Shown here one piece after another: positions 27,971 through 36,713 of a stretch of DNA of 64,000 nucleotides. A model generated the notes under the pieces. That model saw nothing but the letters and a program-made list of their open reading frames with translations, ran no database searches and was not told where the DNA came from. The stretch lies in the NCBI GenBank assembly GCA_043799565.1, contig JAZDNP010000008.1:9553-73552 (forward strand). Direction: 5' to 3'. Numbering within the stretch: the stretch's first letter is position 1; the number at the start of each line of letters is the position of its first letter. Both the position numbers and the translations under genes were made by a program. The DNA comes from Candidatus Brennerbacteria bacterium (GTDB lineage Bacteria > Patescibacteriota > Minisyncoccia > UBA6257 > GWB1-50-10).

Positions 27971-29917
27971 TTATTCCTTCAGTTTCCCCAGGGCATCCCG
28001 GAGCGCGCTCTGCAAACCCTTAATGTCCGGCTCGCCATCGTCCCACGAGGGTTTTTTGTTTTCCTTCGCCTCCGTGGGCGTAAGTTCACTGAGACGCAGC
28101 TTGTGCTCTTCCTCTTCGCTCGCGACGGATGGACTCGTGTTAACATCCCGAAGAATAGACGCACGGCGTACCGGACTGGCCGGCGCTGTTTCGCGAGGAG
28201 GCGTGGGTGAACGGGCGTGTTCCGGTCTCGGACCCAAAGAAGAAACGGGACGTGGCCTTTCTTCACGCGGAGCCGCAGGTGGGCGCGGCCCTACCTCTGC
28301 TGACGGGCGCGGCACCGGAGCACCACTGCGTCCACCGAACTCAATGCCGAGTTTGGCAAGATCCGCCATATTACCCGCCTCTTCACGCGCAGATGGCGCG
28401 CGTGGTACCCGTACTGGCTGCAACTCGCCCGCTTTTATTTTTTTCAAACAATCCTGACAGTATACAGGCCGTCCCGGCAAAGGCTTGAAAGGCACCGTGG
28501 TCACTTTATTGCACGCAGAGCACGTTACTTCAAATTTCCCCTCCACTCCTCCCCCTGACTGAGAAGTAAATCCCCCCTCTCCCGAAGCCGGAGGGCCACC
28601 ACTACTTTCGCCCATAATGCCGCCTGCCCAGCGTGAGATTTCTTCCTCCACTGCCTGGCGGGACTTCGCATAGCGCCTGCGTGATTCCGAAATCACCATC
28701 TCCACGGTACTTTCGGAGCTTTCCACCTTGAACGGCGGGAGGGTATGTGCGGAAAACGGGCGCGAGGTTACGCCGTCCACCATAAGTTTCAGATAGATGG
28801 TGTAGTTCGGCAGATTCACAATATCTTCCGGCAGAAGCTCCGGAGTGAATTCCTGTTCTAAAAATTCAGCGTCTGCCGCACCCACGCGGAACACCACCAT
28901 AGTCCCCACGTTGCCGAACACCGCATCGCGCACCTTCGTAGATACGTCCGTCACAAGCTGGCCGATATACTGGTGTGCAAGGATGAGGTCTAGGCGGTAT
29001 TTCCGCGATTCTGAAAGAATGCCCGCAAATGAATCGGTCGCAAAGTTTTGGAACTCGTCTACGTAGAGGTAAAAGTCCACACGCTCTTCCTCGGGAATAC
29101 GCACGCGCTCCATCGCGGCGAGTTGAATCTTCGTAATGAGCATCGCACCTAAGAGTGCCGAGTTGTCCTCTCCAATACGCCCCTTAGATACGTTCACAAG
29201 AAATATCTTCCCGTCGTTCATTATCTTGAAAATATCCAACGTGCTTTGCGGCTGGCCCACCACATTCCTAATCATCGCGGTGGAAAGGAATTGACCCACT
29301 TTGTTCTGAATAGGTGCGATGGCTTCGTTCCTAAACTGATCGCGCCATTCTTCAAATTCGTTCAACCAAAACGAGCGCACCACCGGGTCTTTTACGTTCG
29401 CAAGCATCTGCTGGCGATATTGCTTGTCCACTAAAATGCGGCTGATACCGAGAAGCGTGGAACCGGGCGTATCTAAAAGCGCCAGCACCGCGTTGTTCAG
29501 AATGTATTCCATGCGCGCGGACCATGTGCCCGCCCATATCTTCGTGAAAATACCCATGAGCCCCGAAGCCACGAGGTGTTTGTATTTCGGGTCTGGCAAT
29601 TCCAGCACGTTGAACCCCATCGGGAACTCGCTGTCCGCGGGATTAAAATACACCACGTCCTTCAGGCGCTCTTTCGGTATCTTTTTCAAAATCGACTCCA
29701 CCAACTCACCATGCGGGTCCACTACGCATACCCCCTCACCATTCGCAATGTCCTGGATGATGAGGTTGTGGAGCATGGCGCTCTTCCCCGTCCCGGTCTT
29801 CCCGATGACGTACATGTGCTGCCTCCGGTCGGTGCGCTTGATGCCGAAAAGCTGATTTTTGTTCCGGAAATCTATGCGTCCGAAGTAGGCAACGTTCTTT
29901 TCAGGAGCGTCTTCCAT
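27971..29917 (-). CDS. VirD4/TraD-like (FtsK-HerA superfamily) P-loop ATPase with C-terminal zinc ribbon and Pro/Arg-rich tail
   Basis: Walker A GKTGTGKS, Walker B-like VDEFQNF, TraG-D_C-like region; CSACNK-x17-CQDC ribbon; low-complexity P/R-rich C-terminal ~150 aa; paralog at 62862..end of window. Confidence 0.8.
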   Translation of the reverse strand: MEDAPEKNVAYFGRIDFRNKNQLFGIKRTDRRQHMYVIGKTGTGKSAMLHNLIIQDIANGEGVCVVDPHGELVESILKKIPKERLKDVVYFNPADSEFPMGFNVLELPDPKYKHLVASGLMGIFTKIWAGTWSARMEYILNNAVLALLDTPGSTLLGISRILVDKQYRQQMLANVKDPVVRSFWLNEFEEWRDQFRNEAIAPIQNKVGQFLSTAMIRNVVGQPQSTLDIFKIMNDGKIFLVNVSKGRIGEDNSALLGAMLITKIQLAAMERVRIPEEERVDFYLYVDEFQNFATDSFAGILSESRKYRLDLILAHQYIGQLVTDVSTKVRDAVFGNVGTMVVFRVGAADAEFLEQEFTPELLPEDIVNLPNYTIYLKLMVDGVTSRPFSAHTLPPFKVESSESTVEMVISESRRRYAKSRQAVEEEISRWAGGIMGESSGGPPASGEGGFTSQSGGGVEGKFEVTCSACNKVTTVPFKPLPGRPVYCQDCLKKIKAGELQPVRVPRAPSAREEAGNMADLAKLGIEFGGRSGAPVPRPSAEVGPRPPAAPREERPRPVSSLGPRPEHARSPTPPRETAPASPVRRASILRDVNTSPSVASEEEEHKLRLSELTPTEAKENKKPSWDDGEPDIKGLQSALRDALGKLKE

Positions 29918-29939
29918 TGAATTTATTATACCCTACCTC

Positions 29940-30449
29940 TTATCTTTTGATTTCTACGAGGAGCGAAGGAGTACCACGCTTCGGTTTCCCGCTCGCATAC
30001 ACGTCCACCGTGTCGCCAAAATAGCGCATTGCTTCCCCTACCGTCCGTGCGGGGGGCTGGCCTTCAACGTTCGCGCTCGGCGCGACAAGCGGACCAGTCT
30101 TTTTAAGAAGGATGCATAGTGTTGTGGATTTCGGCACGCGGAACGCGAGCGTCTTCGTCCCCCGGTGGAGATACTGGAACTTCAGTGACGGGCACGGGAA
30201 AATAATACTTATCGGCCCGGGCCATACTTGATTCAAAAATGCTCTCACCCGCGCATCCGGACGAATGCCGAATTTTACAATGTCACGCGGCGAGGAAATA
30301 AGAACAATGAACGGTTTCTTCGGACTCCGCTTGCGCAGACGGTAGATACGCTCCACCGTCTTCCTTTTCACCGCGGAACCCACGACGCCCAATATCGTGT
30401 CGGTCGGCATGACCGCAACCCCGCCGTTGTTCAAAATATGTTCAATCAT
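29940..30449 (-). CDS. tsaC: L-threonylcarbamoyladenylate synthase (TsaC/YrdC family)
   Basis: YrdC fold motifs VAVMPTDTILGV and SANVEGQPP; 169 aa. Confidence 0.8.
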   Translation of the reverse strand: MIEHILNNGGVAVMPTDTILGVVGSAVKRKTVERIYRLRKRSPKKPFIVLISSPRDIVKFGIRPDARVRAFLNQVWPGPISIIFPCPSLKFQYLHRGTKTLAFRVPKSTTLCILLKKTGPLVAPSANVEGQPPARTVGEAMRYFGDTVDVYASGKPKRGTPSLLVEIKR

Positions 30450-32191
30450 TACACCAATACGGCGCGGATGCGGCGGACGCCGGCGCCAACGGCCTCTTCT
30501 TTGGATATCTTAATGCGTCCAATCTCCCCTGTGTGGGTAACGTGCGGACCGCCGCAAAACTCCTTACTCCAAGCACCTTCAAGTGAGTGTCCCACGTAAT
30601 ACACTTTCACGCGGTCGGGATATTTCTCCTTGAAGAAATACATCGCGCCGGTTTTCTCCGCTTCTTCCTTCGCCATTTCTTGAAACTGCACCGGAAGATC
30701 TTCCTTTATCTTTTCATTCACCAATTCCTCGACTTTCCACAGCTCTTCCTTCTCCACCTTGCGTGAGAACGAGAAGTCAAAACGGGTGCGTTCGGGTGTG
30801 ATGTCCGACCCGCGCTGTCCTACCTCCGACCCCAGCACTTCGCGAAGCGCGCGCTGGAGCAAGTGTGTTGCGGTGTGGAGGCGCGTTACCTTTTTCAGCT
30901 CCTCTTCGTCCCCCGCTTTCAATTCTCCGGTGTTCAAAATAAGACCGTGGCCTCCGAATTTCTTCACCGCACCCGCTCGGGAAATCTCCTGGTGTTTTTC
31001 AAACTCTTTATCAAAATCCTCACGCGCAAGTTTTGACGCCTTTTCGCCGCCAAGCTCTTTCAAAACCTCATAGGGTAATCCGTAACTTTCAAAAAGCGTG
31101 AATGCTCCCTTCGCATCCAATAAATTCACCTTCGCAAGCTCCTTCAAGCCCACCGCAAGCGTCTTCTCAAACCGCGCACGCTCCGCATTCCATTCTTCCA
31201 ATACCACTTCGGCATTCAGATCCGGGTAGAACTTTTCGTAATGCTCGTGCACCTCGGCAAAAAGATGCGCGGGGTCTACGGGATTTCCAGCAAGGTGAAG
31301 ATGGGTCACGAGGCGGCGCATGAGGCGCCGGAGCACGTACCCCGCTTCCTTATTGGAAGGACGCACACCGTCTGAGATAAGGAACGCGATGCCGCGAACA
31401 TGGTCAGCGAGGATGCGCCGCGTCCGCTCGGACAAATTCTCCGGCAAAAGCTTCATAAGCGGCGAGAAAAGATCCGTTTCAAAAATGGTCGGCACACCCT
31501 GCGACACCATCGTAAGACGCTCCAAACCCATACCTGTATCCACGCCCGGTGTTTTTAATGGAACGAGTTTCTTGTTTTTATCGCAGTAGAACTCGTTGAA
31601 AACGATATTCCACACCTCCAAACTCTTTCCTTCCGCGCTTTTAACATAAATCTCGGTCGTAGGACCACATGGACCTTCCGAACCGGTGGGGCCCCAAAAC
31701 ACGTCTGTGCCTTCGCCTCGAATGTCCTTCACCCCAAGCTTTTCCCAGAACGCGCGGGAATCGTCGTCGCGCGGCACGCCTTTCCGCCAATCACCATCGG
31801 GGACCTTCGCGGGGTCAAAGACCGAAACATAATCTATCGGGAGCCTCATCACCTTCGTGATAAATTCGTACCCGTACTCAATCGCTTCTTTTTTGAAATA
31901 ACCTCCGAACGAGAAATTTCCGAGCATCTCAAAGAACGTGAGGTGTGATTCGTTTCCCACTTCGTCAATATCCGAGGTTCGGAATGACTTCTGAACCGAT
32001 ACGGTGCTCTTCTCGCCAAAATCTTTCATCGCATCAAGCTCCCCCGTGTAATACCGCTTGAATTGCTGCATTCCGGCGGTGGTAAGAAGCACCGAAGGGT
32101 CGTCGGGCACAAGCGATGAGGAGCGCACCACCGCGTGGCCGCGCGCTTTGAAGAATTCAAGGAATTTCGTCCGTATTTCGCTTCCCGACAT
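30449..32191 (-). CDS. alaS: Alanine--tRNA ligase, short form lacking the C-terminal C-Ala domain
   Basis: FKARGH, LLTTAGMQQFK, HLTFFEMLGNFSFGGYFK catalytic motifs; editing domain HTATHLLQ and CGGPHV; ends right after the editing domain (580 aa). Confidence 0.88.
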   Translation of the reverse strand: MSGSEIRTKFLEFFKARGHAVVRSSSLVPDDPSVLLTTAGMQQFKRYYTGELDAMKDFGEKSTVSVQKSFRTSDIDEVGNESHLTFFEMLGNFSFGGYFKKEAIEYGYEFITKVMRLPIDYVSVFDPAKVPDGDWRKGVPRDDDSRAFWEKLGVKDIRGEGTDVFWGPTGSEGPCGPTTEIYVKSAEGKSLEVWNIVFNEFYCDKNKKLVPLKTPGVDTGMGLERLTMVSQGVPTIFETDLFSPLMKLLPENLSERTRRILADHVRGIAFLISDGVRPSNKEAGYVLRRLMRRLVTHLHLAGNPVDPAHLFAEVHEHYEKFYPDLNAEVVLEEWNAERARFEKTLAVGLKELAKVNLLDAKGAFTLFESYGLPYEVLKELGGEKASKLAREDFDKEFEKHQEISRAGAVKKFGGHGLILNTGELKAGDEEELKKVTRLHTATHLLQRALREVLGSEVGQRGSDITPERTRFDFSFSRKVEKEELWKVEELVNEKIKEDLPVQFQEMAKEEAEKTGAMYFFKEKYPDRVKVYYVGHSLEGAWSKEFCGGPHVTHTGEIGRIKISKEEAVGAGVRRIRAVLV

Positions 32192-32199
32192 GCGCTCTC

Positions 32200-32228
32200 A
32201 TTAAAGGGCGGCACGGCATTCAAGTCAA
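32200..32228 (-). promoter_or_regulatory. Sigma-70-like promoter for alaS (TTGACT-17-TTTAAT), near-leaderless
   Basis: -35 TTGACT and -10 TTTAAT with 17-nt spacer; -10 ends 8 nt before the alaS ATG. Confidence 0.5.
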
Positions 32229-32231
32229 TAA

Positions 32232-32265
32232 AAAAGCAGGCGCGTGTTGCATGCGCCTGCCCTTA
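32232..32265 (-). terminator. Rho-independent terminator after the 123-aa hypothetical gene
   Basis: GCAGGCGC-N9-GCGCCTGC stem followed by UUUUUUAUU on the minus strand. Confidence 0.75.
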
Positions 32266-32298
32266 CTATGAACCGTTGCAGTCGGCTCATCCCCCTAC

Positions 32299-32670
32299 CT
32301 ACACCATCGCGTCTTCGTCCACAGGAACGAAGTGCGTTTGGGGAGTTCTGATGACCTGGAGACTCCCGTTTGAGGAAAGTTTCACATTCCTCAAATCGTA
32401 GTAGCCCGGCGCGGGGACATGAAAATCCCCCACGAGCTCCACTTGCGTCGGCAAGGGTTTTCCATCGCCATCCGCAAGCCGCACCACGTCCTGGAGCGAA
32501 CTGATGCCACAAAAAAACAGATGCCCATTCTTACTGAAGTGGCCGGGCGCGGGATCCACACGCACATTGGGGATGGTAACCATCGCTTCGTCACCATGCC
32601 GCATGCCCTCAAGGGTCATCGCCTTCTCCAGTTGTTCGGGCTGGGAATACATCATGACGTGAGCTTGCAT
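32299..32670 (-). CDS. Hypothetical protein (123 aa)
   Basis: AAGGAGG SD 6 nt upstream of ATG; own terminator; no recognisable domain; immediately downstream of rpoD. Confidence 0.6.
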   Translation of the reverse strand: MQAHVMMYSQPEQLEKAMTLEGMRHGDEAMVTIPNVRVDPAPGHFSKNGHLFFCGISSLQDVVRLADGDGKPLPTQVELVGDFHVPAPGYYDLRNVKLSSNGSLQVIRTPQTHFVPVDEDAMV

Positions 32671-32771
32671 AAGACCTCCTTGGAGATGGTGGAAGTTCGG
32701 CCCTCTCTTGCATGGACCATTGATTGAAAAAGAACAATACCCAATTCTCCCGCGAAAAGAATACTAAGTCA

Positions 32772-32792
32772 AAGCCCCATAACGGGGCTTTG
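32772..32792 (-). terminator. Possible terminator hairpin after rpoD
   Basis: AAAGCCCC-GTTA-TGGGGCTTT 3 nt after the rpoD stop, followed by a moderately U-rich stretch. Confidence 0.35.
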
Positions 32793-32794
32793 CA

Positions 32795-34024
32795 TTAATA
32801 TCCTTCCAGCTTCTTCACCTTGGAATGGCTCCGTATCTTTTCCAATGCCTTCGCCTCAATCTGCCGGATACGCTCACGCGTAACACCGAATATCTTTCCC
32901 ACCTCTTCCAGCGTGTGCGGAATGTTGTCCTCAAGTCCGAAACGCATAGAGAGAATCTTTCGCTCGCGCTCGGTAAGGTCCGCAAGAATTTCCTTTATCT
33001 GGTCGCGAAGGAGCGCATGGCTTGCAAGCTGGTCCGGCGTCATACCGCGCTCGTCGGGAATGAAGTCGGAGAGCACCGAGTCGTCATCGTCATCGCCGAT
33101 GGGTGTTTCCAGGGAAATAACTTCCTGTGAGATTTTCTGGATGTAGTGAACCTTTTCCACGTCAACGCCGAGCTCCGCGGCGATTTCTTCCGGTAGGGGC
33201 TCGCGTCCGAGTTCCTGCATCAGGCGCCGCTTCGTCTGTGTGTACTTCGTGATGGTCTCCACCATATGGACCGGGATGCGGATGGTGCGCGAGTAGTCGG
33301 CGAGTGCACGCGTGACCGCCTGGCGAATCCACCACGTCGCGTATGTGGAAAACTTGAAGCCTTTCCGGTAGTCGAATTTATCCACGGCGCGGGAAAGCCC
33401 GATGTTCCCTTCCTGCACAAGGTCAAGGATGGAAAGATGGGGGCTGCGGTTTACATAGCGCTTTGCGATAGAGACCACGAGCCGTAAGTTGGCCTGGATA
33501 AGTCTTTGCCGCGCCGTTTCGTCACCCGCTTCAATGCGCTTCGCGAGCTCCTTTTCTTCTTTTGATGTAAGGAGAGCGGTCTTCCCGATTTCTTTCAGAT
33601 ACATCTGTACTGCGTCCGGAAGCGCGTCTTCAAAATCCGTCGCTTTACGAAGTTCTTCCAAACTCACCTCGTCTCGGTCCTTTTTCCCCACAAGTCCTGC
33701 GGGCTCCTGCACCTTGATACCCTCCCTGTCCAGCCGGTCATAGACCTGCTCCAAAAATGCGAGGTGGCGCTCGATATTCGGAAAATAGTTCAAAACCTCT
33801 GCGTCAGTCACAAAACCGCGCCCGCGCCCGCGCCGCACTAGGTCGTTCAAATGCGTCTCATATTCCTTCAATACCTCGGGGGGTATTTTCCTGTGCTTTA
33901 CAGCCTTCGCCTTCCCGTGTGAACGGGATGCCTTCTTCTTCGCCGCCTTCTTCCGTGCAACTTTCCTTCCGTGTTTTGGTGCCGCGTGTTTCTTTGTTTT
34001 TTTCTGCTTCTTTTTCTTTTTCAT
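32795..34024 (-). CDS. rpoD: RNA polymerase sigma factor RpoD (sigma-70) with Lys-rich N-terminal tail
   Basis: Regions 1.2-4 present ([44 protein letters not shown], region 4 HTH); ~55-aa [11 protein letters not shown]... N-terminus. Confidence 0.92.
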   Translation of the reverse strand: MKKKKKQKKTKKHAAPKHGRKVARKKAAKKKASRSHGKAKAVKHRKIPPEVLKEYETHLNDLVRRGRGRGFVTDAEVLNYFPNIERHLAFLEQVYDRLDREGIKVQEPAGLVGKKDRDEVSLEELRKATDFEDALPDAVQMYLKEIGKTALLTSKEEKELAKRIEAGDETARQRLIQANLRLVVSIAKRYVNRSPHLSILDLVQEGNIGLSRAVDKFDYRKGFKFSTYATWWIRQAVTRALADYSRTIRIPVHMVETITKYTQTKRRLMQELGREPLPEEIAAELGVDVEKVHYIQKISQEVISLETPIGDDDDDSVLSDFIPDERGMTPDQLASHALLRDQIKEILADLTERERKILSMRFGLEDNIPHTLEEVGKIFGVTRERIRQIEAKALEKIRSHSKVKKLEGY

Positions 34025-34030
34025 ATAGTA

Positions 34031-35071
34031 TTATGCCGCAACCGTATGGAGATCCGCCGCAACCGCTTGAAAACGCTTCATCGCTTCCTCAAGTGCTCCC
34101 TCGTCACCTCGGGTCTCGGCGAGACGCACATCGCGCCGCGCACTTTCCTGTCGCCGCTTCAAAACCGCGATCTTCAACTGTGTTATTAAATCCTTATATT
34201 CGCGCGCGAGCGCATCCTTCGGGAGCCGTGCGATGAGATAGGATGCCTGCATCTCAAACGCCTGTGCCGACTGGGAAGCCGGCTCTTCAAAAGCTTTCCG
34301 AATATGATCGGGAAGCCATTCTTTGTTTTCCGTGATTGTAGCAAGAAATTCAGGCGCGGTAAAGGCGACGACACCAAGACGGTTTGCAACCATTTCCAAT
34401 CTTCCTTCCGCTTCCCGCTCTGGCGTGATCTCTGCGACCGGTACGGGCTTCGCATCCACAGGGGTCATTTCAAACTCTTCCAAAAGCGCTACTTCCGAAA
34501 TGTGGGACGCGGCCGCAAGTTCTTTTACCGTCGTCATCTGCTCCACCGCGCTCGGCAACTTTTTTATTTTTGAAAGAAGTGAGCGAAGCACGCGCTTCAC
34601 GACTGCGGTGTCACCCACGTCTTTATCCGAAAAATAGTGTTTGAAAAGCATGCGGAACGCAGGCGCGGCCGTTTGTACCGCCTCCACGAGAATCTTCGGG
34701 TCCTTCACGGCAATTTCCGCAGGGTCCTTGGCTTCGCCGAGATCCATCGCTTTCACGTGAAAATCGAACGCATGGAAGGTATCCATCGCACGCTCCAGGG
34801 CGTGAAGTCCGGCCTCGTCGTTGTCAAAAGAAAGCACTACGCTGTCCGCAATGCGCCGCAAACGTTCCAGGTGGTGGGCGGTAAGCGCAGTACCCGAAAC
34901 TGCAACCACATTTTTCACTCCCGATTGCCAGCACATCAAAAGGTCCATCTGACCTTCCACAAAAACCGCTTCCCGCGCCGTCGCAATATCGCGCTTCGTC
35001 GCGTGAAGACCATACAGTATCTTCGATTTTGAAAAGATGGGTGTCTCGGGACTATTCACATATTTTCCCAC
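34031..35071 (-). CDS. dnaG: DNA primase DnaG, C-terminal fragment (TOPRIM domain onwards); frame-disrupted
   Basis: KYVNSPETPIF, EGQMDLL, SFDNDEAG TOPRIM motifs; the reported start is GTG inside the 3' end of the N-terminal fragment ORF, in a different frame. Confidence 0.8.
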   Translation of the reverse strand: MGKYVNSPETPIFSKSKILYGLHATKRDIATAREAVFVEGQMDLLMCWQSGVKNVVAVSGTALTAHHLERLRRIADSVVLSFDNDEAGLHALERAMDTFHAFDFHVKAMDLGEAKDPAEIAVKDPKILVEAVQTAAPAFRMLFKHYFSDKDVGDTAVVKRVLRSLLSKIKKLPSAVEQMTTVKELAAASHISEVALLEEFEMTPVDAKPVPVAEITPEREAEGRLEMVANRLGVVAFTAPEFLATITENKEWLPDHIRKAFEEPASQSAQAFEMQASYLIARLPKDALAREYKDLITQLKIAVLKRRQESARRDVRLAETRGDEGALEEAMKRFQAVAADLHTVAA

Positions 35072-35718
35072 CCCCTCTCGGTCGCCCGAGGGTAAATGCG
35101 CCCGGTAAACGCTACCACGCGCCCCACCGCGTTCATAAGCGGGAACATAATGCGATTTTCAAACCGGTCACGATGGAGCCCTCCGGTTTTAAGCGCCAAC
35201 CCCGACCGCACGATATCGTCCACCGAAAAACCTTTCTGGATGAGATACAACGTAAGCGATTCCCCGCCAGGGGCAAATCCAAGTCCAAACATCTTCGCCG
35301 TTTCTCCCGTAAGGCCACGGGATTTCAGATATTCCTTCGCCTCAACCGATTCCACGAGCGCACGCTCGTAAAATGCGCGCGCCTCGTCGTGGAGCGTGTA
35401 GAGTACGCCGAACTCACGTTCGTGCGCGGGGTTCAGTGATTGGAGCGTAAGACCGACCTTATCCGCGAGAAATTTGAGCGCCTCCGGGAACTCCATGTTC
35501 TCGTAGCGCATCACAAACGAAATAGTATCGCCGCCCGCACTACAGCCGAAACAGTGCCACGATTTCCGGTCCGGCGACACAATAAACGACGGGGTTTTTT
35601 CGGGGTGAAAAGGACAGAGCGCCTTGAAATTCTTTCCCGCCGGCTGGAGTGAGAGATAGCCGCGGATGACCTCCACCACATCCAATCGTTCTTTCAATCG
35701 ATCTACATCGCGGTTCAT
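35056..35718 (-). CDS. dnaG: DNA primase DnaG, N-terminal fragment (zinc-binding and RNA-polymerase N-terminal region); frame-disrupted
   Basis: CPFHPEKTPSF...WHCFGCSAGGD zinc ribbon; start at internal Met MNRDVDRLKERL (35718); ORF track extends to 35988 across the RRM-protein gene. Confidence 0.8.
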   Translation of the reverse strand: MNRDVDRLKERLDVVEVIRGYLSLQPAGKNFKALCPFHPEKTPSFIVSPDRKSWHCFGCSAGGDTISFVMRYENMEFPEALKFLADKVGLTLQSLNPAHEREFGVLYTLHDEARAFYERALVESVEAKEYLKSRGLTGETAKMFGLGFAPGGESLTLYLIQKGFSVDDIVRSGLALKTGGLHRDRFENRIMFPLMNAVGRVVAFTGRIYPRATERGWENM

Positions 35719-35800
35719 TGTTTTGAGTGTACCTCCGCTATGGCGTTTGCCGCAAACAAAAACCCCGACCAAAGGTCGGGATTCTTGTATAGGAGCTGAA

Positions 35801-36124
35801 TTAGCCCCGGTCGTATCCACCACCAAACCCACGGCCTCCACCGAAGCCACCGCGACCCCCTCCTGCACCTCCTTCCTCGCGGGGGCGAGCTTCGTTGACC
35901 GTAAGTTTCCGACCACCGATGTCCCGGCCATTGAGTTTCTCAATGGCGGCATCAGCTTCAGAGTCGGAAGACATCTCAACAAATCCAAAGCCTTTTGAAC
36001 GGCCGGAGAATTTGTCGGTGATGACGGTGGCGGACGACACGGTTCCTGCCTCCGCGAACATGTCCTTAAGTTCGGACTCGTTCGTCGAGTAGGGCAGGTT
36101 CCCTACGTAAAGTCGTTTCGCCAT
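35801..36124 (-). CDS. RRM-type RNA-binding protein with Gly-rich C-terminus
   Basis: RNP2 LYVGNL and RNP1 KGFGFVEM; GGAGGGRGGFGGGRGFGGG tail. Confidence 0.88.
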   Translation of the reverse strand: MAKRLYVGNLPYSTNESELKDMFAEAGTVSSATVITDKFSGRSKGFGFVEMSSDSEADAAIEKLNGRDIGGRKLTVNEARPREEGGAGGGRGGFGGGRGFGGGYDRG

Positions 36125-36261
36125 TTACTTCTGCTGCAAGTGCGCTGTGAAACTTTGAGAAGAATCCTATGCGCTCAAGCAATGCTTTTTAACTTACTTC
36201 TCTCGTTCGACCGCGCACTACTTTGGAGTGCTTATATTACGAGACCATGGGAGTGTACCAT

Positions 36262-36300
36262 ACTCCTAAGAAAAAAGCAAGGGGCACACGAATGTGCCCC
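36262..36300 (-). terminator. Rho-independent terminator after hypothetical gene 36319..36657
   Basis: GGGGCACA-TTCG-TGTGCCCC stem followed by UUGCUUUUUUCUU on the minus strand. Confidence 0.75.
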
Positions 36301-36318
36301 TCTCTGTTGAATCTGACG

Positions 36319-36657
36319 CTATGCTGCGGCAGAAGCTCGCGGTGGCGTCTTAACGAGCCTTGGCGCACGGCGAGGGCGCTTCAAGAGAAACGCACATTCC
36401 TCAAGTGGCTCTTTACCTCGCTTCCGGTAGATACACACCTTAAACTCCTTGTCGCTCCACACACGGTCCAATATCCGCGTGAGAAGAAACCCGGGAAATT
36501 CAAAGGCGCTCCGGGGAATGCCATAGTGGTCGGCAGATCCTTCTGCCGTACCTACGCCTTCGGGAAGAATGATCCCTAAGCTCGTCAGAAATTCCGCAAG
36601 GCGCTCATTCACCGCGGTTCTACGCGGCTCGATGAACCACCGATACGGGGTCTCCAT
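36319..36657 (-). CDS. Hypothetical protein (112 aa)
   Basis: AAGGAGGG SD upstream; followed by strong terminator; no recognisable domain. Confidence 0.55.
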   Translation of the reverse strand: METPYRWFIEPRRTAVNERLAEFLTSLGIILPEGVGTAEGSADHYGIPRSAFEFPGFLLTRILDRVWSDKEFKVCIYRKRGKEPLEECAFLLKRPRRAPRLVKTPPRASAAA

Positions 36658-36713
36658 GATTATCCCTCCTTCCGGCGGGCTGGTGAATGAATTGTGGTGG
36701 GTCTGATTTGAGC

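Noticed and set aside
32419-32727. Plus-strand 102-aa ORF overlapping the 123-aa minus-strand hypothetical
   Set aside because: The minus-strand ORF has an AAGGAGG SD and a downstream terminator. The plus-strand ORF has neither and is His/Arg-rich.
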